Shown piece after piece: positions 56,471-64,000 of a stretch of DNA of 64,000 nt. The notes under the pieces are model-generated. The model ran no database searches. It saw only the letters and a program-made list of their open reading frames with translations, and had not been told where the DNA came from. How positions within the stretch are numbered: position 1 is the first letter of the stretch; the number at the start of each line of letters is the position of its first letter. This stretch comes from Methanocaldococcus sp. 28A (GTDB taxonomy: Archaea; AGJL01; Methanococci; Methanococcales; Methanocaldococcaceae), in the NCBI GenBank assembly GCA_049852185.1, contig CP187540.1, one strand, 5' to 3'. A program made the translations under genes and the position numbers.

Positions 56471-57590
56471 TTTCTTTAACCATTCTTAAACCTCTTTTAA
56501 AGATATTAAAACAGCCAACCAATTGTCGATTAAAAGAGTTCTTACAATTAGAGCAAAAAACAACCTGTCCTTCTTGGGACTCCATTTTACTCCCGCATAT
56601 AGGACAGGTTGTCGATGTATAAGCAGGATTAACTAAAATCGTTATCGCTTTATAGCTAATTTTTTGTATTATGCTATTCCAATTAGCTCTATCCAACTTT
56701 CGATTAAAATATCTATTTTTATACATCTTTCGTTTATTCAAATCTTCGAAGATAAAGATTACATTAGAGAATAATCGGGATAGTTGAGTAGTTAATTTAT
56801 GTAAAAAGTCATTAACTCTATTCTTCCTTCTTTCGAACAACCTTTTTATCTTTCTCATAACTCTTAAAGGACACTTTTTAATTAACTTTTTAAGCAAATC
56901 GATTTTTCTATCATAAATCTCTTTAATTCTATGCAGTTCTGATATATCTATTCTAATCCAGCCCTCTGTTGGATGGAATAAATCGAGAGATTTTAAGTTG
57001 CTATCCACTCCAACGATTATATCTTTGTCTGAATAAGTTAAATTATCTTTGAAGGTTAAATATGCCTCATTTTCTTTTAGAATAATTTCTCCTATTGGTA
57101 AATCCTTAACTTTATCAAAAAACCATTTATTTTTAATATCTAAAATTAAATATTCTTTTCTTGGTTTTATGGTTATTCTTATTTCTCCTTTATCTTTATT
57201 GTATTTTATTAATGTTGTTTTAACTCTAACAAATAATCTTTTAACTATCGGTTTTGATTTCGTTCTATAACCCTTTTTATAATTCGAAGCCCAACTACCT
57301 AAGATAGAATAGGCAGTTTTAATAATTCCATCTATATATTGAGAAACATAATTCCAATTTTCTAACAGTTTATTTCTTAAATTTCTTTTGAATTCGTTTG
57401 ATTTTGGTAGTTTTGGTTTGTCCTTTTTGGTCCATTCGATATTATTCCAAATTATGTCTATGCATTCGTTTAGTTTGTCTTTGCATTCAATTAAAAAGGT
57501 TTTAAGTGGATAATTATGACTAACCTTGTAAGATAAAACTATCTGATAAAGCAATTCTTGATTGTTTTTTGATTTCGTTTCATTTGGCAT
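56367..57590 (-). CDS. tnpB: TnpB-family RNA-guided nuclease (IS200/IS605/IS607-type)
   Basis: VGVDSN, FEDLN, YTSTTCPICG...CSNC; RuvC-III position reads NRQ. Confidence 0.88.
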   Translation of the reverse strand: MPNETKSKNNQELLYQIVLSYKVSHNYPLKTFLIECKDKLNECIDIIWNNIEWTKKDKPKLPKSNEFKRNLRNKLLENWNYVSQYIDGIIKTAYSILGSWASNYKKGYRTKSKPIVKRLFVRVKTTLIKYNKDKGEIRITIKPRKEYLILDIKNKWFFDKVKDLPIGEIILKENEAYLTFKDNLTYSDKDIIVGVDSNLKSLDLFHPTEGWIRIDISELHRIKEIYDRKIDLLKKLIKKCPLRVMRKIKRLFERRKNRVNDFLHKLTTQLSRLFSNVIFIFEDLNKRKMYKNRYFNRKLDRANWNSIIQKISYKAITILVNPAYTSTTCPICGSKMESQEGQVVFCSNCKNSFNRQLVGCFNIFKRGLRMVKEIMGGFGAISERSDENLKTVRFLCPRQRQRFPLGN

Positions 57591-57670
57591 AGTAATCTTT
57601 GGATTTGTTTTTAGATTGTTATATTTTCATATAATATCTTAACGCATATTTAAAGATTTCTCTAAATATT

Positions 57671-58460
57671 AGTGTGTCTAAAATCGAGTAATATTTATAT
57701 ATTAATATAACTACAAAATAAAAAAATATAGTAACGAAAAGATGGAACTCTAAGATATATGATATAAACGAGATATTAGAAGTTTTTTATGAGATTAGGA
57801 TATTAAATTACCCAAAGGATTGAAACCAAGAAAATATACTATCGAAATATTACGTAAAGTTTCTGTTGTTAAGGAGTTTTTAGGAATATCGTTAAGAACG
57901 ATGGAAAACTTGACAGAGATGTTTATTGACCATTCAGTAATCCATTACTGGGAAAAGAAAATTCTTAGGAAGTTATGAAATTTAGATTATGAGAAGACAT
58001 TTATCGACTCAACAAAGTTTTCGAATAAAGCAGGAGAATTGATAAAAATACATGCTATAACTCGTTACGATTCAGAAAATAAAACATTATTTCCAATATC
58101 TATAGGATTAGATAAATCGGACTTAGAGTTTGCTTATGGAGAGGGATATTTTTATAATTATGAGAAATACGATGACAAGGATACTCCAAATAAAATAGTT
58201 AAATTCAACTACAAGCCAATAATAAAGAAAACGAAAAGAGATAATAAGGGCTACGGTGCTAAAATTAAGGATAAAATTCTTCTATAAAAAAGAATATAAT
58301 AAAAGAAGAATATGCGAGGATTTCTTCGGAGCTTTAACCAACAGATTCGGAGATAAATTGAATACTTTCTTAACTTCGACTTCTATTACTCGAATCGCCA
58401 TCTGGGTTTGTGCATATTTTTTAATGAGGTATCGTATGTAAGTCCTATTTTAGACACACT
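57671..58460 (+). mobile_element. Degenerate IS5-like element
   Basis: Perfect 14-bp TIR AGTGTGTCTAAAAT / ATTTTAGACACACT; fragments with FIDSTK and RRICEDFFG. Confidence 0.78.
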
Positions 58461-58548
58461 CTTCCTGCGAAAGTCCTATTTTAAATTTTTTAAATTGTAA
58501 TTTATATATTCAGATTTACCAGTTAATGTACTTGTAAAAATAAAATAG

Positions 58549-58622
58549 TGGGCTCGGGGAGATTCGAACTCCCGACCACCGCCGTGTCAGGGCGGCATCA
58601 TAGCCATCTAGACCACGAGCCC
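58549..58622 (-). tRNA. tRNA-Val(GAC)
   Basis: GGGCTCGTGGTCTAG...CCGCC-CTGACAC-GGCGG...GTTCGAATC...CGAGCCCA; followed by CTA, not CCA. Confidence 0.95.
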
Positions 58623-58680
58623 ACAACGACAAGCGAAATTAAAGTAGGTATAACTCATATATAAACTTTTCGGTTGTGGT

Positions 58681-59701
58681 GAGGTTGTCGAAAAATTGAA
58701 TTAGGAAGAGTATGAAGTATTATATATTAATACAGATAATCTCATTAATATTAATATATTATGTACTATTGCAGCAGCGATATTGCTGTTTCGTCTAATA
58801 TTTAGCAATCTATCGTTTAATTTTAGACGGTTTTTAGTTTCCAGCCCACCAAAAATGGATTCTACGACTCCACGGTATATATATAAATTTTGATTAAACA
58901 TACCTTTGATTCGTTTTCTAACCTTATTGGTTTTATAATCCCATTTAAACTCTTTAGTTTTAACTATGGGGGAGATGTTGTGATTTAGTGAGTATTCGAA
59001 CAGTTCACAGCAATCGTATCCACTATCAGCCAATAGATATTCAATATCTAAAAAATCGATTTGTTTAAGCATTTCTAATAAGTTTGCACTATCGGAACTA
59101 TAATTAGTGCCCCAACGGGCAGCAACTACTGGAATATAGCCATAGTTAGGATAATAGCATGCTAAAATATGCAATTTACCAAACACTCGTCGTTTAGTCC
59201 GTTTTCCTCGATAAATACATTCACTATATAATCTATTTATGGAAACACCCGCGGAGTCAGCGATATATATTTTATTGGTGGGCTGTTTCAGTAAATTGTC
59301 TATAATTACATACGTAAAGGTAAGTAAGGCTGACAAAGAGGTATAATCTATTCGTTTGAATGCTTTACTGGTAGGATATTCGATATGGTCTCTAAGTCTC
59401 TCAAACTAAGTGTGTAGATATGTTTTAATATTTGAACAGCCATATATTCATTATGGGATATAGCTAGAGCTCGACCTACCCTTCGTCTTTCTATCGAGGG
59501 GCGATTTAACTTATTTATAATACGTAAAATAAATATATATGTCTCCACTATGTCGTATTTCTTATATCTAAGGTCGTAAGCTTTCCAATAATCCTTCCGC
59601 TTCTTGAAACTTTTCTTTTTCTCTCTTGTTTTCTTATTTTCTTCCCGCTTCATATTTCGTATTATCTACTATCAGTTAGTTTAATATTTTTCGACAACCT
59701 C
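58681..59701 (-). mobile_element. IS5-like element with split transposase (59348-59653 and 58701-59336)
   Basis: Perfect 16-bp TIR GAGGTTGTCGAAAAAT; IADSAG, LADSGYD, RGVVESIFG. Confidence 0.85.
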
Positions 59702-59704
59702 GTA

Positions 59705-60419
59705 GTGTTGTGGTATCCTGAAATTATTTCGGAATTATAATTCATGAAATTGCCTCCATATTATTAACTATATTTCCAAAATAAACTTCATAAGGAGTTT
59801 TAAAATCGATTACGTAGTAAGCGAGTAATGAAAACCTTAGGTTTTCGTCTAATCTAAAGAACGATGTGGTTTTATTTTATTATGCCAATCGGAGCGTAGT
59901 GAAGAACTATGAAATCACTAATGTGGTTTCATTTAATTTACGAACTCTTCTAAACTATCAAATCTATTTAGTCGATATTCAACCCCTCTATTTATCCGTT
60001 CAACTTTTCCTTTTTAGGTTGTATTTCACCATATTGTTTCAGTATAGTATATATACGATTATTATGCATATTATACCTACATTCGATAAAATGCTCCAAA
60101 TGTCCTGGGCTTGTCCTCTTATATTCTTCGACTGCTTTAAGGACAATATCTATCTCTTCCTGAGTAATTTCTCTTGGCTTTCGACATCTACGCTTTATAT
60201 TTGGGATTTCTCCAGTCTCTCGATATTCTTTCCATATCTGCTGAACTCTACGAGTGGATATTTCCAGCTTCTTAGCAATATCTTTCGTTCTAAATCCCTT
60301 CTCCTTCCATCTAATAATTTTCTTAATCTTTTTATCGTCAAGTTTTACACCGCCCATATTATATATGAGTTATTACTTTTTATTACTTATAGGTGCGAAA
60401 TATTTTTGGGATACAACAC
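59705..60419 (-). mobile_element. IS481-like internal-deletion derivative
   Basis: Imperfect TIRs TGTTGTGGTATCC...TTCG / CGAAA...GGATACAACA; HTH ORF 59992-60357 joined out of frame to GKVERINR. Confidence 0.75.
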
Positions 60420-60544
60420 GACAACCTCTATTTTTTTATGAATAATTATGCACTATTTTTATTTATGAAGATTAACAATTATTCTCCCTATTTTAAAATA
60501 CTTGACTAAAAATATTTTTATATTTTAGATTTCAAAATTTAGTA

Positions 60545-61249
60545 GTGAGTAAAGAATTTTCAGGTGGTATTATGTTCAAAATCCAAATATTTAGAAAAAT
60601 CTCCCAAACATTCTTTTTTATTAGAGCTTTAATAGTTACAGGTTTTTATTTGAGTATTATAAGCTTTGTTAAAGGATTTATTTTAGGAAAAGGAGCATAT
60701 ACCAACTTAAGGATTGTTGCAGTAATATTAGCACTAATTGCTGGAAGAATATTTTGTGGTTGGATGTGTCCTTTTGGATTCTTATTTGATTTAGTTTATC
60801 AAACAAGAGTAAAAATCTTTAAATTAAAAAAATTACCAACTATGCCAGAACATATACACCACACATTGAAATATTTTAAGTATTTTGTGTTAGTTTTAGT
60901 GATTGTATTAGCCTATGTGTTTGGAACTGATATATTTTTTAATTCATATATCTTAGCTTATTTATTATTGGCTTTATTTTTAGTTTTAGGATTTATTTAT
61001 CCAAGATTTTTCTGTAAATATGTCTGTCCTGTTGGAGCTTTATTAAGTATATTTGCAAAATTTTCAATATTCAGACTAAAACTTAATAAAAATAAATGTA
61101 CAGGTTGTAGATTATGTGAATTTAAATGCCCGATGCAAATAAAAATAGCAAATGTAGAAAATATAAACCAAATGGAGTGTATAAGATGTTTTGAGTGCAT
61201 GAGTGCATGTAGAAAAAAATCAATAACTTTCTCACCTTTCTTTAAATAA
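60545..61249 (+). CDS. Membrane 4Fe-4S protein (NapH/MauN-like); start probably 60572
   Basis: FCGWMCPFG, FCKYVCPVG, two ferredoxin-type Cys motifs. Confidence 0.88.
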   Translation: MSKEFSGGIMFKIQIFRKISQTFFFIRALIVTGFYLSIISFVKGFILGKGAYTNLRIVAVILALIAGRIFCGWMCPFGFLFDLVYQTRVKIFKLKKLPTMPEHIHHTLKYFKYFVLVLVIVLAYVFGTDIFFNSYILAYLLLALFLVLGFIYPRFFCKYVCPVGALLSIFAKFSIFRLKLNKNKCTGCRLCEFKCPMQIKIANVENINQMECIRCFECMSACRKKSITFSPFFK

Positions 61250-61261
61250 AATAACTCATTT

Positions 61262-62420
61262 ACTGACAGTGTGAATTAACGATATGAGCTATAAAAGCAA
61301 AAAATAAAAATAGGATGAGGTTAAATAGTTTATTAAAAAAAGGTGATACCAGTATGTTAGCAGCATTTAATGATATACTGGTTGATTCTATAAATAGTTT
61401 TGGGATATGTTCTTCGGAAGAGATAGCGAAGTATGGGGTGACGAGGACATTAATGCCGATAAAGACGATTAAAGGGATATCAGAGAGTGTTTTAGAGATT
61501 GATAGAACGACAGTTATTAAATATCTGCAAGAACTGTCAGAAGATGAGCATTGCCTATATAATCAGTTATTTAACCTTCCCGATATTTTAGATTACGATA
61601 GATACAAATTTGTTGCGATAGTTGATTCAATGTTGGGAAGGAAATTTAGTTGTGGCGTTTATGGATGCACTATTAGATATAATTACATCGAGAGACACTA
61701 TAAACCATACCAAGATGTAATAAATTGCTGTATTTACCATGAAAAAAAAAGGGTTATATGTGATTTACACAATAGTAAAGCCACTCGATAAAACAACCAC
61801 AGAAGTGTATATTGAGATTATCGAGTATCTATCTAAGATAGGTATCAGGACGGTCATAGGAGACGCAGCTGTAACTACAAAGAAAGTTTTAAAGAGATGT
61901 AAGGAATTAGGGATTACTTACATCGGTAGAATTAAGAAAAATTGGAAGACCGAACTTTTCGGTGATACCGAGAAAATAGAAAAATTATTCGAGAAGGATT
62001 TAGATAATAATAAGTTCAAATTAAGGACTATTAATTGAATAAAATATAAATTATCCGAAAAAGTAGTAAATATCCTTCTCGTGGGTAGAGTTAAAATCGT
62101 TGCAGTGTTGATAGATAATCAGAAAAAACCTAAATATTTAATCTCTACAGACGCTAAAAAGAAATCTGAAAACATAATAAAAGAGTATATGAAGAGACCG
62201 AAAATAGAAGAAGTCCATAGAAGATATAAATCAGTTTTAAAAATCGAATGAAATTATTTAATCTCTAAAAAAAGCAATATTGGGTTCGTTAGATTTATAG
62301 CAATTATTCATAATTGTATAGAATATTTAAGCAATAAATACTATATATCATTTTATGAAGTATTTAAAGAATGCAATAAAGAACTAATAAAGAAAGGGCT
62401 ATCGTAATCACACCGTCAGT
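61262..62420 (+). mobile_element. Degenerate DDE IS (IS701/IS4-like), frameshifted
   Basis: Imperfect TIR ACTGACAGTGTGAATTA / TAATCACACCGTCAGT; IVDS, IGDAA, YMKRPKIEE fragments. Confidence 0.75.
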
Positions 62421-62551
62421 GGAGAAAATTAAAATCGATAAAAATATCAGTTGGTACGAACTTAGAAGAAAACTAAATCGATTATCCATGGGCACTACAG
62501 AGATTAGGACTAAAATAAGGAGTCTGTCCAACATGGACAATTATATATAAA

Positions 62552-62780
62552 TCCACGTTGGACTTGGGCGTTATCAACCCTCTAGGTTCATTGGCTTAGG
62601 TCTCTGTCCCTGTTATGGACATAAAAACCTTACGGTTTTTAAGTTCTCGTCACTTCGCTCCGAGAGAACCCCGGCTCCTCCCATTGGGTAAATTCGATAA
62701 TAACTGCCCCTCTTGGCCCCTCATTCTCTCCCGCATCTGGGGCAGTTATGATTTCTATTTCTTATATATGCTCATATATA
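62552..62780 (-). mobile_element. Solo remnant of the tnpB 3' end and omega-RNA region
   Basis: Matches 56345-56470; retains CPRCG codons upstream. Confidence 0.72.
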
Positions 62781-62916
62781 AACCTTTTAGTAATAAAAAT
62801 CTATAAATGTGTATATTTGTCTATGAAAAATTAATCTGTTTCAAACGGCAATATTTAGTAAAATATATATACTTCCAAAAACAAAACTAATTTAGAAATT
62901 TTTTAGAGGTGTTAAA

Positions 62917-63231
62917 ATGAAAAATGAAGTTTTCTTTGGGGAGGGGATGAAAGTAGTTAAAGAAAAATACCCAGATTTGTATGAAGCTATTGTTAAGTTA
63001 AATGAAGCAGCTTTTACAGGAAAAGTTTTAGATTATAAGACACAAAAATTAATAGCAATAGGGATAGTAGCTTCAAAATGTGATGAAGTAGCAACAGAAA
63101 AGCAGATGAAAAGTGGTATGAAAGAACTCGGCATAACTAAAGAAGAAATTGCAGACGTTTTAAGAGTAGTTTTATTAACAAGTGGAATGCCTGCATTCAC
63201 AAAGGCGATGAAAATTTTGGAAAAACTCTAA
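62917..63231 (+). CDS. Carboxymuconolactone decarboxylase-family protein
   Basis: LDYKTQKLIAIGI, GITKEEI. Confidence 0.82.
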   Translation: MKNEVFFGEGMKVVKEKYPDLYEAIVKLNEAAFTGKVLDYKTQKLIAIGIVASKCDEVATEKQMKSGMKELGITKEEIADVLRVVLLTSGMPAFTKAMKILEKL

Positions 63232-63263
63232 ATATTTAAAATTTTATTTTAGAGGGAGAGAAT

Positions 63264-63614
63264 ATGAACTATTTTTGTGGAATAAATAAAATGAAAGAAG
63301 GAAATGATTTTGAAAAGAAGCACACTCCATTTATTGACTGTCCAGATGTTGTTAAAGCAGATGAATATTTTGAAGTCAAAATATCTACTGGAATTCCACA
63401 TCCTATGGAGGATGGGCATTTCATCCAATGGATTGAGGTGTTTATTAATGAGATATACTTAGCAAGAGTTGACTTTACCCAATTCATGAAGCCAGACGTA
63501 AAGTTAATGGTAAAAGCCCCTTCAAAGGGACATGGTAAATTTTCATTAAAAGCTTTGATGAGATGCAACTTACATGGTGTATGGATATATGAAAAAGAGA
63601 TTAAATTAGAATAA
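63264..63614 (+). CDS. Superoxide reductase (neelaredoxin type)
   Basis: EKKHTP, HPM...HFIQW, CNLHG. Confidence 0.92.
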   Translation: MNYFCGINKMKEGNDFEKKHTPFIDCPDVVKADEYFEVKISTGIPHPMEDGHFIQWIEVFINEIYLARVDFTQFMKPDVKLMVKAPSKGHGKFSLKALMRCNLHGVWIYEKEIKLE

Positions 63615-63740
63615 AATCCTAAGATTTCTGACGAATTTAGTAGGATTAATTATAAATATGGTTAATAATAAATATCATAATAGCAACATAAAAAAATATT
63701 AAACAAAAAATTAAAAAACCATTAGAATGGGTGAAAATAC

Positions 63741-63899
63741 ATGGCAAAATATCAATGTATGTGTGGTTGGATTTATGATGAAAATGTGGGGGAGCCTTCT
63801 CAAAACATCCCACCAGGAACAAAGTTTGAAGAACTTCCTGACACATTTAAATGCCCACAGTGTGGTTTGGGAAAGAATGCATTTAGAAAGATAGAATAA
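63741..63899 (+). CDS. Rubredoxin (52 aa), missing from ORF track
   Basis: MAKYQCMCGWIYDENVGEPSQNIPPGTKFEELPDTFKCPQCGLGKNAFRKIE; GGTGA RBS. Confidence 0.92.
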   Translation: MAKYQCMCGWIYDENVGEPSQNIPPGTKFEELPDTFKCPQCGLGKNAFRKIE

Positions 63900-63910
63900 G
63901 GGCGATTCAT

Positions 63911-64000
63911 ATGATAACAACAAATCATCCACTATATGAAGCTTTAAAAGACATTCAAGATTTCAAATTAAGATTATTTGAATACTTCAAAGATAAAAAA
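63911..64000 (+). CDS. Start of a hypothetical protein, truncated by the window edge
   Basis: ATG after GGCGA; MITTNHPLYEALKDIQDFKLRLFEYFKDKK open to the edge. Confidence 0.55.
   Translation, partial: MITTNHPLYEALKDIQDFKLRLFEYFKDKK

Noticed and set aside
59866-60445. 191 aa and 63 aa plus-strand ORFs
   Set aside because: Antisense to the IS481-like transposase fragment; hydrophobic bias is typical of shadow frames
61741-61753. A9GGG run as a programmed frameshift giving an active transposase
   Set aside because: Further frame breaks near 62038 and 62250 indicate a pseudogene regardless
63646-63932. Two minus-strand ORFs of 66 and 73 aa
   Set aside because: Shadows of the rubredoxin gene

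Overview
AT-rich archaeal chromosome segment. Gene content and proteins point to a Methanocaldococcus-like hyperthermophilic methanogen. Most of the window is core genes: tuf/rps10, ftr, pstSCAB-phoU, hisS, eno, trpD, thiD, purL, ndk, the psmA-SBDS-rpl37ae-rpoP superoperon, rnz, hef, intein-bearing reverse gyrase, an Hmd paralog, mfnD, dys and SOR/rubredoxin. It also holds two tRNAs, a C/D-box sRNA, an un-called HesB-like selenoprotein with an in-frame TGA, many IS remnants, a TnpB gene and two MITE-like repeat families. The most unusual part is a ~5 kb GATC-rich island (about 23950-28860) between SBDS and psmA. It carries two un-called tandem 50 and 54 aa membrane peptides that both start Met-Cys-Ala-Pro behind an identical 36-nt leader. 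These are followed by a SPASM/Twitch-type radical SAM enzyme and a polytopic membrane protein, and flanked by an exported Tyr/His-rich TPR protein and an FmdE-family gene. This is a candidate undescribed archaeal RiPP-like or metal-capture system. All family calls come from motif recognition; no database searches were run.
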